Assembly (NCBI GenBank): GCA_036172245.1
Contig: JAYWIR010000001.1
Location: forward strand, 9,920,001-9,984,000
Direction of reading: 5' to 3'
DNA from: Raillietiella orientalis
Taxonomy: Eukaryota
DNA length: 64,000 nucleotides
Positions 48,301-62,400 of the stretch are shown here, one piece after another. Each line of letters opens with the position of its first letter. The first letter of the stretch is position 1. Position numbers and translations under genes: made by a program. A model generated the notes under the pieces. That model was not told the origin of the DNA, ran no database searches, and saw only the letters and a program-made list of their open reading frames with translations.

Positions 48301-51300
48301 TGCCCAGTCGTCGGGAGGAGTAAAGCGATCCGGGAAATCACGCCGAATCAAGTGGAAACGGGAACCTTGAAATTTTTTTTTTTTTTTTTTCCCTTTTGGG
48401 CGAGTTCGAGGAGCCGATTGCGCCACGGTTCAAATCCAGCGGAACTCTTCTTGCGAGCTGCAGAGATTCCCAAACCCAGACTTTAAATTGCACGCGCCAT
48501 TTTTCTGTGGAATGTCTCGAAGCGTACACAAATAAACATTGGAGGCAAGAAAGGAGCATACACATACGAAAATGGCAGTGCATATTTTAAAAAGATGCAT
48601 CATTTGCAGACAGATGGAAAGAGTTTCCAGGAGTGTGGAATTCAAGCATCATAAACAGACGCATCTGAACGTTATGAAGAGGCAGTGCACGGCTCGGGAG
48701 AGTGTAGGCGATACTTGGCTGCAACCAAAGGGTGGCAGAAGTGCTCAAAAAAGTGCAAATTAGCCTGCCAATTCTTATGAGTCAGCGAAAGAGGATGAGA
48801 TGTTCTCTTGGCCATTAATGCTGCCCAAACTCGGTTTTTTTTTTTTTCCTACCGGAAGTGACGACGGATTTCCGTTCTACCTACTCTTTCAGGCACCGTC
48901 GAAGGCACTCTCTGCACTGGATGTAGGGGTCCGAAAAGCACGACCAAAAGGAAGAGGGAAAATTTGCTTTTAAAAAAACCCATCGAGCGGTTTCCGAGAC
49001 TTTGCCCTTCGCCGCACGTTTCCCAGTTTCCTCTTGAATCTCGCCTGAAACGTTTTTCTGAAGGAACGTCGGGTCAGGCGACTACGGGAAAAAACGGATG
49101 CGACTGGATAGGTTCGGCATCCCATCGCATCGCGTGGAAAGCAGGTCTCCAGGAGTTCCCCCTCTTCAGGATAAACAAAAACGTAAGGAAATCTTTTTTT
49201 TTGTTTAAAAAAAAAGAAAAAAAAGGGAGGGAGGAGAGAAGAGTCATAAGTCCTGTTTCGTTCCGAATTTCCATTCCTTTTATTTCCCCTCGATGCTCTT
49301 TTTAAGACAACGAACCCGAAGCGGGCAGTCTCGGTTGCAAGCTACGGAGAGAACGGGAAATAGGTTCCGTGAAACCCCAACCCGAAAAGAGTGCGGCACT
49401 TGCGAAATATCCTTCACGTCCTGAAGTTTTATGGAAGCGAAACATCAGCTGTTCGCACAGATATCGCATGCCAGGTTCCATGACACACTAACATACTTTG
49501 TGTGGCACGTGCTGTCACGTAATTCTGGAAGAGGCTCGTCTGTACCCGTCATTCCTGCTTCCCAGATCGAGCTGCTCTGGAATGCACCAACAGGGTTGCT
49601 CCCCGAGTTTTCTCCCTTCGTTCCTTCTGCTTCTCGAGACGATGGGACGCTCTCTTAAATGCACTCCAGGCTGAGGCTCCCGGGGGCAACCTGATCCGTC
49701 CTCCCTCCTTTCTGAACTGCGAGGAAAGAATTCTGAACAAAGAGGAATCTTGAGCACCTTCGCGGTACCAACGGTGGGCGACAGCCGTGCGACAGATTCG
49801 AAGTACTTTTGTCTTCCTTTCGAGTTGTTTTCCTTTTCTCAGAGCGGGATTGCCCATTCGGCGTGACGAAAAAACACGGAAAGCCAAAAAAAAAAAAAAA
49901 AAAAATTGAGTTCCCAGGACAGTTTCCCTCTACACTCTTTTGAGGATCGCTCAGGTTCCGGAACTTTCACGCCTTATCCAAAAATAGCTCCCGAAAAGAA
50001 AATTCCATTTTCATTAGCAGGCTTCTCATTAGCACGGCAGCACCTATGCTCCCGCAGAAAACGAAACGCTCTTCCATTCGCCTCACACTTTTTGGGTCAT
50101 GCACAGGGGGATGCTACCCAAACAGGGAGGATTCCTAGTGGAGACCTGGTACTCGCAAGATGCCTTCCCGCAGTTTCCTCTATGGTTTTAAGGACTCGCA
50201 TGTCAGGCCGGGTTATGTTCGCTGATTTCCGGGAAAGTTTCCTGCTGTTTCCGAAGGTCCTGTCTGCTCTTCGTCTATCTGCTGGCGTTCATTTGTGAAT
50301 GGGAACGCGCTCAGGATATAAACACAGGCGCTTTTCATTGGGAGCGGGCGATAAACATCGCCCGCTCCCATTTCCTTGAACCCGCGAGTCGAATCGTTTG
50401 CAGGAACCCATGCCACTCTGGTTCCAGAAGGCGTTTTGACGCGAATACCGACGACTGCATATGCAGCTGACCCTCCAGGGACTCCAAGGGTATAAAAATC
50501 CGGTTCCACGTGTGACTTGTGCCAACGAACTTCCCCGTGTTTCTTTCGGGTTTATGAGTTTTTTTCCGAGAGAGTCTGCTTCTTCCGAAGTCCATTGTCC
50601 AATCGACTCCGGAAGGTTCAGATCTTGCCCGGCTGCGAATGAAAAGCCAGCAGGAGGAGCACGTCCATCCCAAACACCCCTCGAGGGCGCACCAACGCAC
50701 CAGATGGAATCTCGGTCCCTCCGTAGGAGTGAAATGACAATGGGTAGAAATTTCATTTTTCTTCGAAGGGAAAAGAGAAAGTGGGACCAAAAGGGGGGAG
50801 GGGAAACGAAACAGAAGCACAAAGTCCATTTGGGAGGGACTTCCGATGCCAATAGTAAGCTTGCCAGTCAATGTGAGCTCATCCGCTGGAGACATATCTC
50901 TCTCTATTAATAAACTTCCTGCTCGGGAACCGTCCACGAGGAAAGGAAATCAGCTCGGAGGTAATTTACATTTCCTGTGTACACAGCACAAGTGGATGCT
51001 CAGTGTGCCTACTGCGAGCGTAGGGATTACGGCTTGCTTTCAGGAGGGTGGGCTTGAGGAGTTACCCGAAGAACGAGAGTTTCGTTCTGTTTCCGGCGGC
51101 AGATGGTAAGATGAAGCCCGTCAAGGACGAAACGAGCGCAGCGTCCAGGCGCAGTTGCAGCGATCACTAACCCTCTACCCTTTGCTTTTTATCCTTTTCA
51201 TCCTTCGAGGTCCAGCACAGGGCAGAATCCGTCACGTGAAGAGATTCTCTTGGTTTTTTTCTTCTCCCCCCACTGACTTCTTACCCAACGACTTTTCGGA

Positions 51301-54300
51301 ATAAACGGCCATCGGGTCCTTCTGTGCTCCTCCGAAGTCCGTTAAAATGCAGTCCCTGAACTTCATCGGTTGGCGGCGCCGCCACCACATCACAGCAACG
51401 AATCTCGCAACTACTTCGGTCCCCAGCTCGCACATCGCATTTTCCAGTGACTTTCTCCCAAATACCGGTGATCCCGAGTAAACAGGTTCTTCCGGGAACA
51501 GCAACATGGAAAGCACCGGAACCGTTCCCAGGTGCCAAATTCAACAAGTGCACGGAATAGAGAAGACTTCGCCCTTGCTCTCTCTGCCTCCCCTCTACGT
51601 TTAGCTTGATCTTCGAGATGCTCTTCGTCTCTTCGGCGGACAGCTCAGCAACAGTTTGGAATCGCGGGATCACGCGTCCCGATGCATCCCCCCCTTCCCC
51701 CTCCCGAAAGCTACATGCCCCGCGTTTATGGCGTTTTTCCACCGTTTTGTGTCGTCTCCACGAATAGCACAAGATTGGTCCGCCGGGTGCTACGCAAACA
51801 TGAATACGACTGACCATTCGAACCATTCAAGTCCCATTTCCCATTTCCCTTGGCCACTGCCCCTTTCGGGGCGTCTGATCTTATTGTATTCGCCCCAGAA
51901 TTCACCCCATATTTTTTTTTTTTTTACCTATCATGATGGCATTCTACTCCTTGAGTTATGCTCAGCTACAGCCACGTAGCTACAGCTAAAAGCATCCGTA
52001 TCCAACGATTTAATCAAATTAACAGTTGAAACCAAATACTGCTCATCGATCCTTCCCAGCAGACACATCGATTGGGTTATAGAAATTAACGTGCGAAAAT
52101 TTTCATTAGTTCAAAGCACGAGGGCTGAGCTGCAGATACTGCACTCATCGCCATCAGGTCATTTGTCTTCAACGCTCGGAGGCAAAATGTCGCACGAAAC
52201 GAATTTCTGTTTATTTCTCCCGGACGTTACGATGAAATGATTGGAAGTGTGTTGATCCTAGCTGGTTTCTCCTCCCGCTTCTCATTTATTCAGGCAGCTT
52301 GCATCGATTTTTCAAGCCGTTTCCATTGCGAAATCTCCGCATTTCCATTTTTCCTGGTACTCCTGGAGCTGCTCCTCTATCACTGAGATACTCGACTACG
52401 TAGGGACATTCAACTGTACAAGATTCATGCACCAAACGAAGTCAACAACTCGAGAGAAACGATTCACACGGTGCACGTCCTCGTGCGGTGAAGGTAAGGT
52501 TGAAACGAGGATTTCATGCGTAGCAACCGTTCACTGTGAGCTGGTCATGTCATCCATCGCACTTTCGTACACAGTGGCAAGAGGAACACTTGAGCGCCTT
52601 GCAGCCGGGCGGATCTGCTGCAAGCGTGCTGAGATGGCACGACGCCGGAAAGGCCGTCGAGGAGACGGCCAAGACGGCTCCCGCTCTGTCCAGCTCGGGG
52701 AGAGGCAATCGAAGATGGTCGCTCGCATGGCGACGGTGGACCTGCCGTGCGGCGCTCCCAACGATTGGCTGCGAGCTCAGCCGGGCTTAACGTTTTTATT
52801 GGCTGGCAGGGTGAGCCCGAGAAACAAATCCATCCGGCTCGAACCCTTCGATTCTTGGGGGTCGAATCTGCCCCAAAAAGGCGCGAAATCGATATCGGGG
52901 GAAAGTCGTTTCTGATCGCCGTGCGCGCGGTGGTCCCCCTTGCCTTTCTCCATTATTTCCAGGATTCGAGGCGATCTGCGATAAAAACAAACACACAAAA
53001 AAGGAGCAGCTTTATGCAGTTTCCTGTTTCCAGGGACCGTTCCTCGTGAACAGAACAAACCGAGGAGACCCTTGATTTATACCCTCCACGGGAACTACAA
53101 TGGCGCCACGAACACCGCCGTCGCTACCGATAAAGGCGCCCGGCGATTTACTTTGCCACAGCGAATCCCCCCCCCCCTTTCTCCCTCCTTCACGAGGAAT
53201 TCGCCAGCCACGGATGTTGTCGGGACCGCTGCAGAAGTGATTTCTGAATGGAGGGTGAAAGCCGTTCTCCCCTGGCTGTGAGGTAGGACGTTTATTCTCG
53301 AACCCTCCTGCCTCCGAAAGGCCACCTGCTCTTGCGTTTCACCGGACCATCCGCGTCTCGCCATTTTATGGCCCCCGAGCACGCGCTGAGCTCGGGCGAA
53401 CCGTCCGGCTGACGCAGAATGAAAAGGGAAGCTATGTTCCCCCTTTCCTGCTTCGCCTCCTCCCACGCGACCTCTGCGGCTGCTTCAGGAGAGCAGCCAG
53501 TCGAGGAACTCGCGCCACGCAGAGTCAGAGTGAGATCCTCCAGAAGACGGGCACGCGGGACGCTGACAGATTCCGAGGACTGAAGGGAAGGAATGCTTGG
53601 GAGAGGGTCTGGATACGGGAGCGGGGTATCCGAAAAGAACAAGCGAGTCGTAGGATGCGTGGAGCTCTAGCGGATCGCCTCAGGGAACCCAAGGCCTCTA
53701 AGCTCGGGAAGGAGTTTGAAAAAAAAAAAAAAAAAAGACCCAAAGAGCAAGCCAAATTCAAGGTTGTGTGATTTCGGGGTGCGCCCAAGGAACCTCTTCG
53801 CGGCAAAAGCGCTTCTCCAAGAAACGCTCCCTTTCTTCATTCTTTTTCTGGAAGAGATGTCGCCTCGAAGGATGACTTTTTCTTCTCTCGTATCAACAAA
53901 TACGGGCATCCGGAGAAGCATCTTCTGAGCGCCATTCTACGCGACGGCTTCCTCGGGATGGACTCTCACTGCTGCTTGATAAGGAAACGCACTCACAAAC
54001 ACGAAGATTTCGCCGTCGTTCCTTCTTTTCTATCAGCAGCGCGTCGGTACGTCTCGTTCCAGGGCGCGAATTCGGAGCTTCCGGACTGCGAAGAGATCCG
54101 TGCCCTTTGTTCCGGAGACCGAATCTGTGGATAAATCGACTTCTCGGAGAAGCATCCGAGCCAAGAGCAAGGGGAGAGAGGGAGAGGGAGGAAGAAATGG
54201 AGACGGCGAACGGAGAAGACAGTTGCCTCGGGCTCCAGCAAGGGTGGAGGTGCCCTCGAGGATCTCTTCCTGGGATCGGTTTGGCGCGACCGTGACAACG

Positions 54301-56099
54301 GAGAGAAACAGCGTCGAAAAACTTTCGGAGCAGAGCGACCACGTTTTTTTCGAAGGGAAGAGAGTCAGACGGAAGACAACAGTCAGAGCAACCCATTCTC
54401 CTTGGCCAAGAAAGCATTTTCTCTGGAGATGGCCTTAGCGGCATCGTCCGGCGTCTCGGCGAACGGAGCGCCATTTTCTTTCTTTCTGGGCTGTTGGACG
54501 AAAGCCGCGCAGGTGAGGCGGAAAGTCGAACGGAGGCAGTGATGCTCGTGCAGACTGCCAAAGGGGGCGCTCCCACTAGCCTTCTGCTGGAGCATCCGGG
54601 GGCACGGATCCGTCAACCCAGAGCCATGACGTAATCCGGCGTGTCTGTCGGACTCAGCTCCTAATCCTACGCGAATGGGTGCGTCAGGGAACGCAAGGGG
54701 ATACGAAACCGAGGTGGAAAGGCACGCACGGGAAGGACTCGTCTTTGTCGGCTGCCCCAGAAGAGGCAGCCACCATGAACTCGAACCGAACCAGCTGGTT
54801 TCCGGGAAAACAACGCGCAAACGCGTCCCGTGGCCGGTTTTCTCCTGTGCGTGCATTTGCGCATCAGCTCTTCCCGCGCCATTCGAGACCTTGCCGAGCG
54901 ATGCAGACACTGTGGCGAGAGGAAGAAGAAGAGGAAGAGCAGCAGGACACGAACGCGAAACGGAACGAATGGAAGCAAGGCGCCGGACCTCAGGTGCACG
55001 AAACGGGAACGGCCGTGGCCCATCGCGTTCGCTCACTCTCTTCTTCTGGGACGGCAAACCTTTTTTTTTTTTTTGTTTCGGTCCACGTGGGTTTCCTCTA
55101 GGAGAACGTTTCCACCGGAAGCCAACGTGGGAAAGTCACGTGAACTCAGCAGTGGGCGGCCTGTGCTCGCCGTCGGGGAGCGACGCTATGGAAAAAGGGA
55201 AGCAACCGGATCCTGCGCCTCTCACCTGGGGGATCCCACCCCACATTATGTTGCGATGAACCGTGTCGTGTGTGCACGTGTAAGCACACTCCCAAGGTTT
55301 CGTGTTCCGCATTAAGGTGACGGAATTGCCTGCGAGCACCTCGAACGGAATGCTCTGCTTGTGAGTACCCCATGGGTGATTTCCTCTTCCGAAATGCATG
55401 TCGAAATGAATCGTTGAATTATCGCGAATTATTTTTTCGAATCTTCTCATTTTATGATCTCTTGGCTCTCTCAAAATGTCGACTCGAGAAGAAGAAGCCG
55501 GAAAGAAAAAAAAAAAAAAGAAACTATTTTTTCCCCCTCCAAAGGAAGGAGGTGGGGAATGATGGCCCCCGTTTGGATGCAAGAGTTTTCCTTCCCCCCC
55601 CCCTCTCTCCCTCCTCCTAACCCCCTCCCTTTCGCAACGTGACAGTACGGGTTCTGGAGATGCTAGGGAAGGGGACAACCACTCGAGTGCGACTGATACA
55701 TTTCGGAATTCTGGGAGTTGTTACCGAGGAAGGATAGGGAATGAGTACAAACGCACTTACCGCGACGATGGGCCGCAGACAGGTCGTCAGCGTCAGGACA
55801 TGGACGATACTGGAAGAGAAAAAAAAAAAAAAAGCGAGGTGTTATTGGACCACCCAACGGAAGGACAGGAAGAGAAGCAGAGGGTTCGCGGGTGCATCGC
55901 AAAGGGACTTCCTGTTCCTTCGTACACGTGCACGTGTACGTGCGTGCGTCTGCGTGCTCGGATGCGCGCGCGCGTTCCTGTGTTTTCGGCAGCACGGGAC
56001 TCTTCGGAAAGCTTCCGAAGAGCAGGAATTTCACGGCCAGCGTCACACTCACCAGGTTTTCCACGGGATCCAAGACCTCATCCAGCTCTCGGAAGCCAT
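36332..56099 (-). CDS. Col4a1: Type IV collagen alpha chain; orthologue-like to Drosophila Cg25C/Col4a1, with an NC1 carrying vertebrate alpha2-like signatures
   Basis: Signal-peptide exons 56099-56053 and 55809-55761 give [32 protein letters not shown], followed by a ~12.3-kb intron. 7S exon 43491-43357 encodes ERPQFG...[19 protein letters not shown], then GLDGCNGTQ. Many Gly-X-Y exons separated by short introns span ~43290-37200. NC1 is encoded by exons ending at 37067, 37016-36730 and 36586-36332: [74 protein letters not shown]. The 5' exons are less certain than the body. Confidence 0.95.
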
Positions 56100-59000
56100 G
56101 CTTTTGTGTCTCCGGATGTCCCTCGTGTCTTTCTCCTGAGCCTTCCCTCGCCGGTTGAGAAAATCAATGCTGTATCACGGCAAGGCACTAGCATTCGGGA
56201 TCATGCCCTGCCCAGCCCGAACGGTTGCCTCGGAGCGAAGCGAGAGTCCTTCCTTCCTGCTGCTTGGCCCCCAAAAAAAGAGGAGAGCGAACGTACGCAC
56301 ACACACAGTCGTTGCTCTTGTCGTGCACTCCCAGCTCCGACGAGGCGTCGCGCCTTACCAGCAGAGCAGGCAGGTCCGCAGAAGTCGGTCTCCCCGGAAA
56401 CCGATCCTCCTGCTCCTTCTTGGTAATTCACTCTCCAGGGAACTGTACCCACCAGCTCGGATCACTGAGCCGTGTGTTCCGAGGAAGAGCGTGGGCGTGC
56501 TCTTTCCGACGCGAAAGTAGTTCCTCTATCCTGTTTCGTGGTACGGAGAGTTCGCATCATCTTCTCCCGCGCCGAGGAGAGGCACAAAAAAAAAAAAAAA
56601 AAAGAAGAACAGGGAGAGAAGAGAGGAAATCTGAGATACGGCCAAAATCCACCAGATGCAAGAGCCATCATCTTGATGCGCGCCGATTCCCCGTTCGGGC
56701 GCATCGAGGAATTCGGATCTGCGGATAAAAGGGAGGCGGAGGGAATGGGAGGGAGGGGGGAGGAGAGGAATTCCGAGTGCCTTTTTGGCTTCTCCGGTCC
56801 TGCGTGTGCGTGCGGGCGTGCGGGTCGGATCGCGGTGCGAGCGAGCGAGCGGCTCTCCTTTCTTTCCTTCTTTCACACTGCTCCTCCGAGGTGTGCTCTT
56901 TCCGGGAAGGGAGGGAGGGGAGGAGGGAGAGAGGCGACGGCACCTCTCTCCTTCCTGAGGGTCGAGGGAGTGGCGACTCCAGAGACCTCTGCCGCACGCA
57001 GCCGCTTAGGAAAGACGTCCGGCTTCCTGCCGATGCTGTCCTTTGCTGCCACCGATCCCTCCCCCGGGGCGCCCAAATCTCTCGCTCTTCACCGGTGGCT
57101 AGTCGGGCTGAGGGGACGGGGGAAGGCTCCTTGCTGCTGCTTCTCCAGAGACACGAGGCCCCCTCATCAGTGGGAGAGCTCTGCACCGAGGGATTCCCTG
57201 TGGAGGCCGCTCGACCACCCCCGGACGGACATTCCCGGCAAAACCCACCGTGTTCTCCTCCTCCTCCTCTTCATCTCTTCCCGGGAAACTCTTGAAAATT
57301 TCGGGGGAGATGACTTCTGCAATCCGTAAACCAAAGGGAACGAGGGCACGGGAGTTTGGAGGAGGGGATCGGTTCCGGCCATTGCGTCTCACAGACGGTT
57401 TCCGTCCCTCCTCTTCCGTCGCCTCCTCCTGGAAGAGGGAATCCGGAGGAAGCGCTCTCCTGTCGCCGCGGACCGGACTAAATATATCCTCGGCGACATC
57501 TCTGCTCGCGTTTCATCTCGCTTAGGGCCTCACCCAGACGGCTGCACTGTGGTGAGAGAGAGCGGTAGCGCCGTGGTCAGCCCTGAGAGTAATGCCCTTC
57601 TCCGGCTTGGATCCTTGCTGGGGACCAGGGAGGGAGGAAACATGCGGTAGAAGGACGGGGATCCGCAGAGGGTGGGCCGCCGGTCGCCTCCGCCCAAAGG
57701 CAGGGGATAAAAGACGCTGAGCGCGGGTTCTTTTTCCGTTTTCTCTTTCCGCGCAGAGCCTCCCCGCTGAGCCACACGCGTCGCGGGAACGTTGCCTGAC
57801 TCCTCATCCTCTTCCTCATCCTCATTTCCTCTCCACGCCCCCCCTCCCTCCTTCCCCCGCTCTTCCTTCCCGAGCGAATCGAGCGAGCAGCCAATCACCC
57901 GCTCATCGCGCCTGCCGTGCCCATAGAGGTCAGGACAATAAATATCGGGTTTCCCGAACAACCGTTTGATTGCAATCCGAATTTACCTTGGCAACCGGCG
58001 GGAGAGGTGCCGATCCGGTTAGGATGGGAAGACGTGCTCCCGGATGAGGCTCGTGCTCGTCGCCTTGGGCCGTTGCCAGGAGGAGGAATAAGAATGGGGC
58101 AGGCGTCTCCGCGCATGCAGTCGCCACGCTCCCCTCCCCCTCCCTGGGAGGGGGGCGGAGGAGTAGGCAGTAGCACCGCCACGCTCCCCCGCCTCCCAGG
58201 AAGATCGGGGGCGCCTCTGCCGTCCCCCATCCCAAGAGCCGGCGCCCTGCATCCGGCATCGAACCCAGAGTCTCGCTTCCTTCTTCCCGTTTTCCCTTTT
58301 CTCCCTCCTGACGTCCCGAGTCCGCGGCTCTCGCGACGGCTTCGGGAAAGAAAGCGGCGGCGGCCGCCGCCTCATCCTCTCTTCCCCATCCCGTATCCTT
58401 GAATCAGAGATAAACGCTTGATATACCGCATACACCGCGGCGGCATCATCTCGTTTCAAGGATGAGCAGCAGCCCCGCGCTCGGCGCGACGCGGGCGGGA
58501 TCGCCTCATCGCGCAGGAGGACGCGATGTAGGCCACAGCGCGCCGCCAACAACGGTGGCGAGGCACGCCGTTCTTCCGCGGACGGGCGGGCGGGCGGGCG
58601 GGCGGGGGAAGGGGGGAGGGGTGCAGGAGGAGAGCGCGCTGTCTGTGGCAGGGAGGGAAGGGGGGGAGAGAGGATCGATTCTCCTCCCGTCCACTACATC
58701 ACCCGGTCCGGGAGAACGCTCCCTCCCCTCCACACGCCCAGGCACAGGGAGGAAAGGCGCGCTGCCCGACTCTTCGGTGGTCCGTGCGCGACCTCCGAGA
58801 AGAAGAGATTTTGCCCTTCTTCCTCCTCCTCTTTTTTGTTTTTGTTTTCCTCTTTCGCATGTTTTCCCGTCTCGCTTCCCGTCGATCCTCACTCTCCCGC
58901 CACCTCCTCCTCACAGAGTCCTCCCCCCCCCCTTTCCCTCCCCCGCTCCCCTCCGCTCCCGGAGGGAGGGAACGCGCGCCAGTTGCAGCACCGTATTCGC

Positions 59001-59273
59001 GGAGAGCGACGCGTGAACCTGTTGCCAAAAAGATCCCTCCGAGCTCGCCTCGCCCCTCGCGAGCTTCCGCGCCATGTTTCAGTATTCTTGCGCCATGCGG
59101 GGAATCATCTAGCCTGCTGCCGCATGCCTCGATCTTGAGTCATCCTGTGCTCCATCCGCGGAAGAAGCGAGAGCGATTTTTCTCGCTGTGATCCTCCTTT
59201 TTTTTTTTTTTCGTTTGAGTCTTTTTTTTTTTTTTTTTTCCTCCTCTCCTTCTTCCTTCCCGTTCCATCGCAG
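56100..59273. promoter_or_regulatory. Probable bidirectional promoter and 5' UTR region between divergent collagen IV genes
   Basis: CpG-rich interval between two divergent signal-peptide exons. It holds a tandem GC-box run (GGGC)5 at 58584-58608, CCAAT at 57891, and a minus-strand donor at ~57532 that could end a non-coding exon. Confidence 0.5.
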
Positions 59274-59342
59274 GAAGCACACGATTTCGTCTGACGAGGG
59301 AAGACGGGGTCGCAGAGGCCCCTCCTGCGAAGTCAGTGGACC

Positions 59343-59420
59343 ATGTTAGGTACAAGTGGATGGAAGCTGCTGCTACTCTGGGGGATCGTTCTTTCGCAAT
59401 CGGGTCACGCAATGTCTGCG
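59343..59420 (+). CDS. First coding exon (signal peptide) of a secreted protein, probably the partner collagen IV chain (viking/Col4a2-like); the remainder lies beyond the window
   Basis: Long polypyrimidine tract and cag acceptor at 59273, ccATG at 59343, MLGTSGWKLLLLWGIVLSQSGHAMSA, then a phase-0 donor GCG|gtaagg. The identity is inferred only from the known head-to-head arrangement of collagen IV genes. Confidence 0.55.
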
Positions 59421-62400
59421 GTAAGGATCTTTGCCCGCTATACGTTTTTTGCATGGACCACGTCGGGTGGCCCTGGGTCGGAAAAAGCCCAACGGCCTCC
59501 TGCCGGACGTGGCGCGGAAGGCTGGTTGCGAGACGAATCGCCCGGCCCACGGGGCGAATTGGGCGAAGCACGTTGACGGGCGGCAGGGCGCTTCTCATTA
59601 TTGCCTGCGGCCGCGTGACGTCGGTCTCGCCGAGAACCGAGGGGCAGTCCGTGCTCGCAGCGCCGACAAGCGGGGGTCAAAAGCACGCGGGCGCTGGTCG
59701 GCGGCCGGATCACCTTTTGCCACCTTCGCCCTTAGGCCAGTGCGCTTCGGGATCATCCGCTCCGGTATTTTTTCCGTTTCTCCCTCCACCGGGCAGTGGC
59801 TGGGAGCGAGCAGTTTGCTCGTAGCGAAGGGAGGGGGGGGGGGGACCTTTCGCGCTGGACTCGAACGACACCAAAATGGCAGCGCACGCTTCCCTCTCCA
59901 GCCTGGGCTGAGGTGGGTTTGAGAGCAGGGCTTTGACTTTCCACGAAGACCTCGCTTTCCTTCCTCCTTCCCCTCCCCCGAAGAAAAGGGAAACTGTGAC
60001 GGAAGAGGAAACAGGGAAAAAGAGAGAATCCATGGAACCGGAGTTGGTCGGTTGTCTCTGGAGGGCTGAGATCGAAGAATAGGTTACACGAGCTTCATTT
60101 TCCGAAGCAGCCCAGCATCTTCTTGCCCATCTTACAATCCACTGTTTATTTGAAGCACTCACCACTATTGAGGAGACAACCACGAAGAGAACCCATTCTC
60201 TTGGAAGAATTCATAGATCGATCGCATTTTTTTTCTTTTCTTCTGGAGAGAGCGAGAGAGAGAGAGGGGGAGAGGGAGAAGTCGAATGAGGTCGAACAGA
60301 AGACGATAAAGGAGTTCGTTTCTCCATCCTCACCTGCCAGATCGATGTTCTTCGGATGGAGTCACAAAGAGAAGCTCAAAGCGCCTCGAGCAGAAAGAGT
60401 TCTGGTCCGGAAGGATTATTTCAATAGAGTGGATGCCGACTCCAGCATCCCCGACAGCATCATCGCGAGGGAGGAGGGGGGGGGGGTTGGTGCTCGTCGG
60501 CCTGCCGGTTGACTTCTGACTCCGCTGTTTCAGAAACTCAGTTTCCGACAGATGAGCGGCCTCTCAGTTCCACGAGAGGAACTCGGCCTTCGCTCTTCCG
60601 TTGCCTCTTCTTGCCCTCATGCATTCTTCAGTACCCCCCATGATCCAGATCCTTCTCTCGAATTTTTTTTCTCGATTTCACTGAATATTCTTCGGTTCGC
60701 TAGGGAGGAAGAAAAAATCCCAGAGTTGTGAGGCTGCGTCGCATCGCTCTTCCATGATTCCCTAGGATGAGGAGACAGAGGAGGTGGGGAAGCAAGGGTG
60801 ATCCCACTGGGAGACGATGAATCTTCCTCCTCGACGAGCGATCCGTTTCTTCTCAAGCGCGAGCATCCGGTTGCCAGGAAAACGCGTCTATCGGAACCCC
60901 TTCAGAGCTGGCAGAGAGAGTTTGGTTCCCAGGCCGTCTCTTTTCAAGAGGCACTCGGTCGAGGCTTCGGGGTCGCTCCTTCCCGTCTGCTTCCGGTCGT
61001 TCAGACGCTGTTCTTCAGCGACGTTTGCTCCCTCGTGGGCCTCCCATGCCTCCGTTGAGAGCCTTGGTGGAGGTGGCGAAGTGGCTGTTTTGTTTGGCTG
61101 CGGAGGCTGAAGGTGCTGAGGGGTCGATCGAGGCGATCGAAGCGGATGGAACGAGAACGCATGAGTCCCGCCGCGCCTCCTGTCAGTTCAGATGGAGATT
61201 AGCTGCTCGGATGCCTCTGCTGGATGTGGTCCAGACTCTGCGCCAAGCTCAGCGAGGTTTCCGCGAACCAGGAAAGGGATCCGACCTTCCCTATCAAAGT
61301 CTTCGTGGTCTCTGCCACGACTGGAGCTGGATTCCCGAATCCGGAGAATTTCTGCGGAGGCCAGGAAACTCCCATTTTCATCTCTTCGGGAGCACTCACT
61401 TGTGCATCGACCGGCGTTGCTCCTGGAAACGCCATCCGTTTGGAGCGACCGCTTGGATTGAATGATGGAAAGGCATTCTGTGACGCGAGGGCCGATCACT
61501 CTGCAGAATGAAGAGGAGCTGGGGTGGATAAGGGAGGGGAAGGAATCCCATTCCTTAAGAGAGGCATCGTTTCTGATTTGGTTGTGGACGACAAGATGGC
61601 GTCGGTCTGGAAACGAGGCACTCAAACATGGTGGCTGCTTCCGTGACGAGGGCACGGCAAGAGAGAAAGTGTTCCCTTGGCAACTCCGGCGGAGAAGTTA
61701 GACAGACACTTTCTAGCAACAGAGGCGCGCGATCATCGGGATGCATGCCCTAGGTGTCGTCCTGCAGCATCCCACTGAGGGAGCGTTGCATTCCTGTGCT
61801 CTCCGGAAGCGAGTACACGTTCCAAGGCTGGTCTGCCGACCACGAGTTCCCAGTAGTTTCCAAAGTTTCCCTTTCCCCCATCCCTCCACCCCCCCGGGTA
61901 TTTTCCATGGGAAAGGAAGAACGAAGTGTCTCTACGGACGCGTATGCTTGTCCGGTATGACCTTCTTCCTTCCTCAGGCATTTAGGCATCCCACCCTGAA
62001 GAGTTTCCAGCAGCCCTGCTGGTGCTCCAAGAAGAGAAGCAGCGAAGGACGCAGGTCTCACGGTTGGACCGCGCAAGGATGCGATCCTGGAGACATGAGG
62101 GGGGGGGGAGCCCAAGATTTTTTCGTCTTCGATCGAGCACATGCCAGCGCAGTCTCAATCACCACGCAAGCCGCTTCACGGTTGACCTCCCTCGCGTGGT
62201 CTTCCTCGTGCCTGTTCGTTCCCTCTTCCCGGAAAAACAAGGGCGAATCCCAGGGCTAGCTCCGGGCAAAGTGGCACGCCGGGGTTGACAGGGGGAGGTA
62301 CCGCACCTACCGACGCTCCTCCCTTCATCGAGAGCTCCTTTTCCACCGCGAGGGCAGATCAGGGCGCTTCGGGAGGGTGTCTGGAAATCCTCGGTTCCTG

